A stretch of DNA of 34,628 bases, from IMG/VR virus record IMGVR_UViG_3300042898_001426, positions 1-34,628 of that record; one strand, written 5' to 3'. How positions within the stretch are numbered: position 1 is the stretch's first letter; each line of letters starts with the position of its first letter. Below are positions 8,339 to 16,480 of the stretch, in pieces. The position numbers were made by a program, and so were the translations under genes. The notes below the pieces were generated by a model, which worked only from the letters and a program-made list of their open reading frames with translations, searched no databases and was not told the DNA's origin. The stretch comes from a virus. Lineage: Duplodnaviria; Caudoviricetes.

Positions 8339-9697
8339 ATGGTTCTTAGAATTAAATCATCTGCGACACCTGTTTCCTCTGCTAATTTGCAGGGGTTGCA
8401 GGCAATGACAACCGACGAAATTAAAAATTACGTCGCTAACATCTTAACAGTTTCTTTCGGTGCAAATGCCGACGGTACAGGTACAGGTGAAATCAATATC
8501 ACCACAAATGACTCTGGAACTGGTACTTCTATTGGAACCTTTGTTGATACCGATCTTCAAGATGCAATAGGAACCCATCCTTCTGCTGGTGCGTTTGATA
8601 CTGTTACGTTTACTGCCAAGCAGGTTACTGCGGCGGCTGCTGAAAGTATTACAAATAAAGTAGTTAAATATTCTTCTGGTACCATCAAAGAAATGACGGA
8701 TGCAGAACTCAAAACCGAACTATTTGACTATGCTCTTACTGCTATGACTGCAGAATCTGCATATACTGCTGGTCAATATAAGTTGCAAGCAACTGCTCCG
8801 TCAGGTGGTACATGGGTTTCTCGTTATACGCTTACTGATATTGCTAACGGTGGTAACACTCTTACTTACCTTTGGCAGAAAACTGCTGCAACCAGCAGTC
8901 CAGACACAAGTCTCAAACCACTTAAACTGATCAATACCAAAGATGTTAAGGAAATGTCTTCTGCCGAAATTCTGCAGATGCTGCCGAATTTCCGCAATAG
9001 AATTATTGAGTCGGGTGTGGGAACATATAAGATCCAAGCAACAACTCCAGTAGCAACTGGTACATGGGTTCAACTCGGAAATTCTGCGACAGATACAAGA
9101 GAACAAGTTACTCCAGCAAACTATGCAGGTGGTTATTCTGGAAACTTTACTGGTAACTACGCAGGTGGTTATGTAGGTCCAGCACCATATTCTGGAACGT
9201 ACACTGGCAACTTCACTGGTAACTATACAGGTAACTACGTAGGTACTGCTCCATATTCTGGCACCTACTCGCGTGGATTCTCGGGTAACTATGTTGGCAA
9301 TTTCGCAGGTACTGCTCCATATTCTGGAACATATTCTCGAGGGTTTACTGGTAACTATGCTGTTTTCTATGGTGGTTTCGCTGGCACGGCATATTCTGGT
9401 ACATACACTGGTAACTTCACTGGTAACTACGTGGGTCCAGCGACGTATTCTGGAACCTATACTGGAAATTATACAGGGTTCTTCACAGGCAACTACATAG
9501 GTCCAGCGACTTATACTGGTTTCTATTCTGGCACATATGCAGGTAACTTTACAGGCAACTACGTAGGAACAGCGACTTATACAGGAAACTATAGTGGGAC
9601 TTATACTGGTAACTTCACAGGCAACTATTCTGGTGCGACTGTTCAGGCGACAAAAGATACTATCTCGACCGTATATTTGTGGGTAAGAACTGTATAA
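8339..9697 (+). CDS. Paralog of 5268..8336 with a shorter, regular [YF]-x-G-x tetrapeptide repeat insertion
   Basis: Shared N-terminal domain (YTAGQYKLQATAPSGGTW, TYLWQKTAA, PNFRNRII) and C-terminal LW(V/I)RT; repeat region 9119-9634. Confidence 0.8.
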   Translation: MVLRIKSSATPVSSANLQGLQAMTTDEIKNYVANILTVSFGANADGTGTGEINITTNDSGTGTSIGTFVDTDLQDAIGTHPSAGAFDTVTFTAKQVTAAAAESITNKVVKYSSGTIKEMTDAELKTELFDYALTAMTAESAYTAGQYKLQATAPSGGTWVSRYTLTDIANGGNTLTYLWQKTAATSSPDTSLKPLKLINTKDVKEMSSAEILQMLPNFRNRIIESGVGTYKIQATTPVATGTWVQLGNSATDTREQVTPANYAGGYSGNFTGNYAGGYVGPAPYSGTYTGNFTGNYTGNYVGTAPYSGTYSRGFSGNYVGNFAGTAPYSGTYSRGFTGNYAVFYGGFAGTAYSGTYTGNFTGNYVGPATYSGTYTGNYTGFFTGNYIGPATYTGFYSGTYAGNFTGNYVGTATYTGNYSGTYTGNFTGNYSGATVQATKDTISTVYLWVRTV

Positions 9698-9702
9698 ATC
9701 TA

Positions 9703-9731
9703 TTGACTTATGTGCAAGTTTTATATATACT
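9703..9731 (+). promoter_or_regulatory. Sigma70-type promoter TTGACT-N17-TATACT
   Basis: -35 at 9703-9708 and -10 at 9726-9731, 17-bp spacer, intergenic; GGAG RBS at 9756-9759. Confidence 0.7.
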
Positions 9732-9766
9732 AGCACTATGAATATTATTTCTAATGGAGAATTGAA

Positions 9767-10213
9767 TTGATTAATACCACCTCACCTGTAGTCTCACGCA
9801 AAATCGAAAACCCTTATTGGGCGAATAAGGAAAAGCAGCATATTATTGCTGAGTTTTTCTATCCTGATACCAATAAGCGTGTTACTGCATCTATCATGAA
9901 CGATGGTAGCAATCGTGACTACGATGAAGTGATGCGTCTCTTTAGTATTGGGCAGATCGATGCCAATACTGATCGACGCATGGAAGATCGCAACCAACAA
10001 ATCAAACAAAATCTTGAACGCCAGAAGGTTGACAAGACCCGTATGCAGCAAGAACAGTTGTTCGCTGCTAAGTTGGATGCCTTCGAAATCGATGTAGTTA
10101 AGAACTCTAAGAATCGCGATCTAAAGTCTAAAATTCGCAAGTCCAAGACTTTCATGGAAGTCACTGCATATACAGTAATGTTACTGATGCAGGAAGAAGC
10201 GAATGCCGAATAA
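9767..10213 (+). CDS. Hypothetical protein, possibly a fibre assembly chaperone
   Basis: TTG start with GGAG RBS. IENPYWANKEKQHIIAEF resembles the NPxWxN starts of tail-fibre assembly proteins; helical charged C-terminus. Confidence 0.6.
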   Translation: MINTTSPVVSRKIENPYWANKEKQHIIAEFFYPDTNKRVTASIMNDGSNRDYDEVMRLFSIGQIDANTDRRMEDRNQQIKQNLERQKVDKTRMQQEQLFAAKLDAFEIDVVKNSKNRDLKSKIRKSKTFMEVTAYTVMLLMQEEANAE

Positions 10214-10898
10214 TGGATTCTTATATGTTGCCACTCGCCGCAAAGGTTATTACAGGGCAGCAAGAAACTCCGCGATCTCATTAAAAGATTATTATCCTGA
10301 TGCGCATATCACATTCTTCACACACGAAGAATGGGTGCAACCAGATGACTACGAGATCTTCGACAACGTAGTAACCGAGAATGTTCCTCGTGACAAACGT
10401 GCCAAATTGTGGGCACTAGATCAAACTCCCTACGATCTAACAGTTTATATGGACTGTGATACTGAAGTTGAACATGAAGACATTCAAAAGATCTTCGATC
10501 AGATTCCTGATGATGTGGATATCTTATTCACTGCCAATCGTCCATATAATGCAGCACTAACAAAGTTGTCTGAAACTGAAGAGTTGACGGAACATTGTGG
10601 CATTTTTGTATATCGCAATAATCCCCAGACCCTAAAGTTAATGCGTGCATGGTACGATGAATACTGGGCGCAAAATGAACCTGACTGGGATCGTAAACAT
10701 TATCCTGTTGGTGCATTAGAATGGGATACGTTTACAATGTGGAGATTATTGAATCTGTTTGATTTTGGTGTCAAGACTGCCAGATTCCCAGATCCAGACG
10801 CAAGATGGAACTTTGTTTCTGGATACAAAGAAGAAGAACTACAAGGACAACCGAGAGTCATCTATCATTATACAATACCACCCAGTTTGGTGGACTAA
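10203..10898 (+). CDS. GT-A fold glycosyltransferase (nucleotide-diphospho-sugar transferase-like)
   Basis: GFLYVAT first strand, SAISLK, KLWALDQTPYDLTVYMDCDT (DxD), CGIFVY, WDTFTMW, RWNF, VIYHY. Confidence 0.8.
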   Translation: MPNNGFLYVATRRKGYYRAARNSAISLKDYYPDAHITFFTHEEWVQPDDYEIFDNVVTENVPRDKRAKLWALDQTPYDLTVYMDCDTEVEHEDIQKIFDQIPDDVDILFTANRPYNAALTKLSETEELTEHCGIFVYRNNPQTLKLMRAWYDEYWAQNEPDWDRKHYPVGALEWDTFTMWRLLNLFDFGVKTARFPDPDARWNFVSGYKEEELQGQPRVIYHYTIPPSLVD

Positions 10899-10908
10899 GG
10901 ACTTCAAA

Positions 10909-11586
10909 ATGATTCAATTTACCAGTTCCATCTCTAAAGATCTTACAGATATTCTAGATCCGTTTACTCAATGGTTCTTTGAGCAAAACGATCAACATCT
11001 TGTTCTCGGTCCACAAGACATGCAGGAAAAGCGTCGAGGTGGATTGAATGTGGATACTGCTACTGACGAACAATATTTAAATCATATTGTCGGCAAAGGC
11101 GAAAAGCACGTCGGATTTCCTGATGTTGCATGGTGCACCGATATGTCACAAGCGCATGGACAACCATGGTTTCCTCTAGAATATGGTAAGAGGCAACAAG
11201 AAACCAACTACGAGTTGATTAACTATCTTGGTGCAAGAAACAATGCTGTATTTACTTACTATCCTGAAGATGGGTTTATGGGTTGGCATACCAACTGGAA
11301 TGCATCAGGGTATAATATTCTAATTACATATAACTCAGAAGAAAATGGTGGATACTTCCGTTACCTAGATCCAGTAACAAAAGAAATTGTTACTATGGTT
11401 GATCCAAAGGGATGGTCATGTAAGGTTGGACACTTTGGTGATCGTAGCGATCCAAACAAAATCGTATATCACTGTTGTGCTAATACTTCCAAGAGACTAA
11501 CACTTGGATATGTTGTTCCGCATTTGGAAATCTGGCGATCTATGATTGAAGATATTACTGGCGAGGATGCTTCTCACTTTTCCTGA
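10909..11586 (+). CDS. 2OG-Fe(II) oxygenase-like (double-stranded beta-helix) protein
   Basis: YYPEDGFMGWHTN ... GGYFRY ... VYHCC ... KRLTLGY matches the Hx(D/N)...H...R layout. ATG at 10909 follows an AAGGA RBS and is preferred over the TTG at 10759. Confidence 0.65.
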   Translation: MIQFTSSISKDLTDILDPFTQWFFEQNDQHLVLGPQDMQEKRRGGLNVDTATDEQYLNHIVGKGEKHVGFPDVAWCTDMSQAHGQPWFPLEYGKRQQETNYELINYLGARNNAVFTYYPEDGFMGWHTNWNASGYNILITYNSEENGGYFRYLDPVTKEIVTMVDPKGWSCKVGHFGDRSDPNKIVYHCCANTSKRLTLGYVVPHLEIWRSMIEDITGEDASHFS

Positions 11587-12314
11587 GTGCTTTTAACCTC
11601 ACTATATTTTGTGAGTAGATCTTCTAGAATAGTCAACTGCTCATGCATTTTTTCAATATCATCTAACAACTTAGGAACTGCAATTCTTGCTCGCTCGAGG
11701 ATTGCAGTTTCATAGTTTTTAATTCCAACATTAGTAGCAGACTTAATTCGACGGTTTCGAAATACTGTTTTAATTTTACTAATTAACGATGGAATTTTTG
11801 GTGTCATGTTTAATTGAACCATGTGTTGATTGCTGCGCTGTTCAGTTGCCTGTTGTCGCGCCTTTACAATTTGCTCTTCTTTTGTTTTTGCTGCTGCTTC
11901 ATTTTCGCGCACAAGTTTTTCATTTGCTGCTCTAAGAAGATCTAATTCTTCAATCAATTTTGGATCTGTGACATGCACAGTTTCTACAATTGTTTCGACT
12001 ACAGTTTCAATTACGACAGGTGGATTTTCAATAATCTCTTTTGCTTTAGCAATTGTTTCCGCTGCTACTTTCGTTTCTTCTTCTGCGAAAAGTTTTTGTC
12101 TCTGTAAGTCTTCATATTTTTCTTGTGCGATTTTTTCCCTGTCAAGTTCCTCTTGGGAGGGTTCAATGTTTTCTATCTCTAAAACTTCTTCTTGTAGATT
12201 ACCATCTGTCCAAGATACAATTTCTTCTTCCAACTCAATTTCTATTACAGGAGCGACCAGTGGTTCTGGAATATAATCTTGTGGTGGTGGTGCAACTACT
12301 CTTGCTCTGCCCAT
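11574..12314 (-). CDS. Hypothetical acidic coiled-coil protein, last gene of the minus-strand operon
   Basis: 246-aa ORF abutting the methyltransferase gene; Pro-rich start, E/K-rich helices. Confidence 0.65.
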   Translation of the reverse strand: MGRARVVAPPPQDYIPEPLVAPVIEIELEEEIVSWTDGNLQEEVLEIENIEPSQEELDREKIAQEKYEDLQRQKLFAEEETKVAAETIAKAKEIIENPPVVIETVVETIVETVHVTDPKLIEELDLLRAANEKLVRENEAAAKTKEEQIVKARQQATEQRSNQHMVQLNMTPKIPSLISKIKTVFRNRRIKSATNVGIKNYETAILERARIAVPKLLDDIEKMHEQLTILEDLLTKYSEVKSTQEK

Positions 12315-12315
12315 A

Positions 12316-12918
12316 TCAATTTACTCCTAATTCTATCATGCATTGATTATCATACAATCTGCTGAATTTTAATTTTCGCTCATAACAAAAATCTGTAACT
12401 GCTGCTCTAACTCCAGGATGCATATGATTTTGTTTTGAAAAATCATCCAAGAAAATTATACCATTTTCTTTAACAACAGCAAGACTGGCGATCAAATCTG
12501 CCATGACACCCTCATAACTGTGGTCACCATCAATATAGATCCAATCTAATTTCTCACCAGTATATGCTGCGAACCAGTCACTTGACTTCATACGGTGGAT
12601 CGTAACAGGCAATTCTGCGAATTCTTTACAAATGCTTTCATATAGTTTGTCGTAAAATGCTTGGAAGTCTGCGGGATTATTAGATCCGACGATCTCAGAG
12701 TATCTTTGTAGAATTCCTTCGTATCCCAAGTTCAACCAATCGGTAGTATTTTCATAAACAGAAATATCCCACGGATCAATCATGTGGAGATGTTTTGCCT
12801 TTGTTAACAAAACTTGTGAAGATCTCCCACGCCAAACTCCAATTTCTGCACCAAGAGAATTCTCTGGAATCCATTGAGCAGCCAATTTGACGATATCTGT
12901 ATTTTTACCGAACATCAT
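12316..12918 (-). CDS. Class I SAM-dependent methyltransferase (Methyltransf_24-like)
   Basis: GAEIGVWRGRSS (motif I), MIDPW, DWIYIDGDHSYEGVMADL, GIIFLDDF. Confidence 0.85.
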   Translation of the reverse strand: MMFGKNTDIVKLAAQWIPENSLGAEIGVWRGRSSQVLLTKAKHLHMIDPWDISVYENTTDWLNLGYEGILQRYSEIVGSNNPADFQAFYDKLYESICKEFAELPVTIHRMKSSDWFAAYTGEKLDWIYIDGDHSYEGVMADLIASLAVVKENGIIFLDDFSKQNHMHPGVRAAVTDFCYERKLKFSRLYDNQCMIELGVN

Positions 12919-13578
12919 TTACTTGGTTCCAATTACCATGAAACGATCAAATTCTGTTTTACCATCCCAACTGTAGTATGACTGCTGGATCGTTCCGCTG
13001 AATTCTACATTTGTGACGCCGACATTTTCGATATGCTCTTCAATTGTTGGAACACAATTAATACCATACATTTCTTTGAAAACATTTGATGACTGGCAAG
13101 CAAAGATACAATCCTTGTTTGCTGTTGTCATTTTCTTTAGAGGATACATTGCCTCGCATCCAATAGAAATTACTACATCTGTTTCTAACGCATTAATATC
13201 ATGATATGCAAAGGGAACATCCCAATTGATATGATTGAGTTCAATTCTTTTCTCGTTATTATAGTAACGATTGAAAACCTTTGATAGTTCTAAGGCATCG
13301 TTATCAACATCGATCAGATTTATTTTCTTGACGGGTAGATTCTCACAAAGAAGTGGAACAAGGGGGAATCCCAACCAAGAATTTAGAATCGTTAGATTCA
13401 ACTGTTCGGTTGAATCAATACATTTCTGTAGTTCTTCTACCATCCATATAGCAGCATCCATAGTATTTGGATTCATGGACTTACGGAAATCGTCATGTTT
13501 ATACGGCATTTCGTGAGCGATCTTATCTAATCCATCACCCCAGTTTCGGTAATTATTTAAGTAATTATAATTTAACAT
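12919..13578 (-). CDS. Methyltransferase-fold protein with degenerate SAM-binding motif
   Basis: LTILNSWLG...KKINLIDVDNDALELSK...DVVISIGCEAM...RFMVIG follows a Rossmann class I MTase layout. Likely start is ATG 13578 (ORF track: 13602). Confidence 0.55.
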   Translation of the reverse strand: MLNYNYLNNYRNWGDGLDKIAHEMPYKHDDFRKSMNPNTMDAAIWMVEELQKCIDSTEQLNLTILNSWLGFPLVPLLCENLPVKKINLIDVDNDALELSKVFNRYYNNEKRIELNHINWDVPFAYHDINALETDVVISIGCEAMYPLKKMTTANKDCIFACQSSNVFKEMYGINCVPTIEEHIENVGVTNVEFSGTIQQSYYSWDGKTEFDRFMVIGTK

Positions 13579-14248
13579 CTTGTGGTCTTTCCATTGAATC
13601 ATATAAACAAATAAGTGGTTCTTCTCGGTGTACTCGTTCCCTCACATCAATCGGCCACATATATCCGTAGTTATAACTATACACCCAACCATCTGGGAAA
13701 AAATTAATTTTTAGTAGTTGTTCTCTTTTGTGACCGAATAGATTATCAAGGCCGCGATAATGAAAAAACATTTGATCAGGATAATCTGTCACAAACTTGG
13801 TAATCTTATCAACATCTAATCTATCATTCCATCTCAACACACTAGAATTTAGATCCGTATATGCCCGAGGAATGTTGTGTGTATCTCGTTTCATTCTTTC
13901 CATATTATGCCAATGAGTGCGAACAAATGATAATCCCTCTCCTGGATCGTGGTCTACAATGCAATCGATATTGTTTTGAATGCCGATATCCAGATCGAGA
14001 AAAAGTTTTTGTCCATAATGATTTACAACCCTTCGATCAAACAAGTATAGTTTGTTCCACCACTTCTCATAGTAGTTGTCTTCAGGAAATGGAATTACAA
14101 TGACATCGGTATGCAATCCAATCGGGTGTTCAGTCAAACAATAAAAATTAAAATCAGTTGTTATGTGCTCTCTGCATTGTTCAAGAACACGATTGACATG
14201 TTCCGAATCATATTTGAAACCCCATTTAACTGTGTAAATATTAATCAT
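13565..14248 (-). CDS. GT-A glycosyltransferase, paralog 4
   Basis: TVKWGFKY, FYCLTE, WWNKLYLF, LFLDLDI (DxD), NSSVLRW, YSYNYG; TGATG coupling at 14248. Confidence 0.8.
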   Translation of the reverse strand: MINIYTVKWGFKYDSEHVNRVLEQCREHITTDFNFYCLTEHPIGLHTDVIVIPFPEDNYYEKWWNKLYLFDRRVVNHYGQKLFLDLDIGIQNNIDCIVDHDPGEGLSFVRTHWHNMERMKRDTHNIPRAYTDLNSSVLRWNDRLDVDKITKFVTDYPDQMFFHYRGLDNLFGHKREQLLKINFFPDGWVYSYNYGYMWPIDVRERVHREEPLICLYDSMERPQDVKL

Positions 14249-15066
14249 CAAACGTTCCAATGCTGTAAAAGATCAGGATCGACGAGCGATTCCTGCTTCA
14301 CTTTGCCTCTGCGGTTATCTTGGAACGGTAGTAAGTCCACATTAAACACGCAAAGGATACAATCCTTTCTATATATTCCGACTCCTAGATCTTCTGAATC
14401 CCAATCACGACCTCTATTGTATGAGTATGCAAATGTGTTTGGAAAATGTTTCCAAATCGGTGTGTTACTAAAATCGCCCCAGCGCCAACTGTGATAGTTG
14501 TCTGTTCCGTCGGTGAATGTAAACCAAATGCGTTCTTGGTGTTCTAGGACATCATGCCAGATACATTCCGTTTGATCATCTGACCACACCATGCAACTAC
14601 CATTGGTATATGCACCATGTGCCAACATAAAGTTACGAGACTTCATAGGTCTTGGATCCTGCCACCAAGAGCGTAACTTGGTAGGATTCTCTAAGTCATA
14701 GGTAATGATGGGCGATAGATCATTTTGAATGATGACATCAAGGTCGAAAAAGACAAATCTTCCAGTGGGTTTATCGTCTGCGAAGTTATGTGTATTAAAG
14801 ATGAACGTCTTTGGTCTGTCCCAACAACGTGCCATTCCGTATTTGAAATCCTCAGATCCGAACCAGTATTTCGGATGGATGTCGGGAATGTCTGGGAAAT
14901 CGACAACTTTAATTTCTTCATCGAATCCATCACTATCGTCAGTATAGCAATAGAAGTGAAACTCAAATTCTTTTGGAGTATTTTTCTTCGTCATCCGATA
15001 AAGACGGTTTACAAACTCAGCGGAGTATTTGGTGCCCCATTTACAACAGACGTAATTGACTCTCAT
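14248..15066 (-). CDS. GT-A glycosyltransferase, paralog 3
   Basis: CCKWGTKYSAEFVNRL, FYCYTDD, VFFDLDVII, NGSCMVW, GTDNY, YSYNRG. Confidence 0.8.
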   Translation of the reverse strand: MRVNYVCCKWGTKYSAEFVNRLYRMTKKNTPKEFEFHFYCYTDDSDGFDEEIKVVDFPDIPDIHPKYWFGSEDFKYGMARCWDRPKTFIFNTHNFADDKPTGRFVFFDLDVIIQNDLSPIITYDLENPTKLRSWWQDPRPMKSRNFMLAHGAYTNGSCMVWSDDQTECIWHDVLEHQERIWFTFTDGTDNYHSWRWGDFSNTPIWKHFPNTFAYSYNRGRDWDSEDLGVGIYRKDCILCVFNVDLLPFQDNRRGKVKQESLVDPDLLQHWNV

Positions 15067-15821
15067 TCACAATTCCATAATCTAATAATTTTTTTATCTA
15101 CGCAATCAGATAATTCGATTTGTTCTTTTGCCGAGGGGTGTGGCACATTATCAGTATTGAACAAACAGATCTTAGCATCTTTACGAAACTTAAATCGTTC
15201 TATGTCGTCGGGATAATGTTTACCACGATTCCACGAATAGATCCATCCGCCTGGAATATTTTTCCAGAAGTCTCTCTGTCTCCAGTAATGATAGTTATCG
15301 CTTCCTTTGAAGAAAGTTTTGAATACGGATTCAGAATTCTCGATAACATCTTCGTAGATATGTTCACATGATTTACCAGGCCATAACATCATACTGGAGT
15401 TGAAAAAAGTTCCGCGAATATCAATAAACAGTCTGTCATGTTTCTGTGATTGTGGTTGCCAACGACATTGAATGATTCGAGGTTTCTGCGCAAGTTCTAG
15501 AACTTCAGTAATATCTTCTTGGATTACAACATCAAGATCAAAATAACACCAGTTGCCTTCATATCCTAACCAGTTATGTGAATTGAATACAGTAAATTTT
15601 GCTCTGTCAAAACAGAAGGTTTCTTTACCGAACCAATATTTGGGATGTAAAATTCCATCATCAGGGATCGGTGTAGTATCACACTCAATCCCTTCTGCGT
15701 CATCAGTATAGCAGGTAAATGTAAACTCGTTTGCGTAGTTTCGTTTTACCATGTTATATAAATTGTTCACATATTTTGCGGGATACTTATCACCCCACTT
15801 AATACATACGAAGTTCATCAT
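15063..15821 (-). CDS. GT-A glycosyltransferase, paralog 2
   Basis: CIKWGDKYPAKYVNNL, FTCYTDD, CYFDLDVVI, NSSMMLW, GSDNY, YSWNRG. Confidence 0.8.
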   Translation of the reverse strand: MMNFVCIKWGDKYPAKYVNNLYNMVKRNYANEFTFTCYTDDAEGIECDTTPIPDDGILHPKYWFGKETFCFDRAKFTVFNSHNWLGYEGNWCYFDLDVVIQEDITEVLELAQKPRIIQCRWQPQSQKHDRLFIDIRGTFFNSSMMLWPGKSCEHIYEDVIENSESVFKTFFKGSDNYHYWRQRDFWKNIPGGWIYSWNRGKHYPDDIERFKFRKDAKICLFNTDNVPHPSAKEQIELSDCVDKKIIRLWNCE

Positions 15822-16467
15822 ACTTTTTATCTGCTCCAGGAAACTGATCTAACCCATTTAACAATGCTAGTGTAAATTCTGGGCGATACACAAATGAATC
15901 ATTATCGCCGCCATAATAATCTGCTCCATATACAAAGGAGTAAACATCACCTGATGGAAAGTAATTGAATCTAAAATCTTCATGCCATAAAAACCTATCA
16001 TCTCCGAAATATTTTAACATAAAATACTCAGGGTTGGTGTTGAAGTGATCCCATATATGTTTAGCAGTTCCTTCTTTCCACATCATCACACTTGAGTTAT
16101 AATTACTCAAGTAACGCATGTCATGGGTTTCGCCAACATAATCTGGAAATTCTTTGTTCTTCCAATAAGTATACACTATTGTTGGAACTTTGTCAAGGTA
16201 TTTCCACAAATGATCAATATTTTTTTGAATACGAATATCCAGATCTAGGTAAAGAACGTCGCCCAAATCTTGACTGAACAACCAAACTTTATACCAGTGA
16301 CCCTCGATGTCATCTGGTAGAGGACAAGAAATAATAATAGGATCAAGTCCAGTTGGATCATCTGTGAAGCATAAATAGTTATACTTACGCTCGGTCGCTT
16401 CAACGATTTTATTTACATCGTCAGCGGAATATTTTGTGCCGTATTTAAGTGTCACTATTGTTTGCAT
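15799..16467 (-). CDS. GT-A glycosyltransferase, paralog 1
   Basis: TLKYGTKYSADDVN, LCFTDD, WYKVWLF, LYLDLDI, YNSSVMMW, GDDRFL. Start ATG 16467 chosen by alignment with the paralogs. Confidence 0.8.
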   Translation of the reverse strand: MQTIVTLKYGTKYSADDVNKIVEATERKYNYLCFTDDPTGLDPIIISCPLPDDIEGHWYKVWLFSQDLGDVLYLDLDIRIQKNIDHLWKYLDKVPTIVYTYWKNKEFPDYVGETHDMRYLSNYNSSVMMWKEGTAKHIWDHFNTNPEYFMLKYFGDDRFLWHEDFRFNYFPSGDVYSFVYGADYYGGDNDSFVYRPEFTLALLNGLDQFPGADKKYDELRMY

Positions 16468-16480
16468 AACGTTCTCGATT

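Noticed and set aside
6082-8349. Alternative-frame ORFs with HHTQIQQV repeats, and minus-strand ORFs over the repeat genes
   Set aside because: Shadow frames created by the repetitive codons of the Gly/Tyr/Pro protein; no RBS or independent features seen.
6042-9634. Ice-nucleation protein or collagen repeats
   Set aside because: Lacks the AGYGSTxTA 16-mer periodicity and continuous Gly-X-Y triplets; the period is mainly 4.
10203-16467. TET/JBP-type DNA hypermodification cluster
   Set aside because: Disfavoured, not excluded. No C5 DNA methyltransferase or nucleotide-modifying gene was recognised, T4 DNA glucosyltransferases are GT-B, and the cluster lies among virion genes with a late-type promoter.
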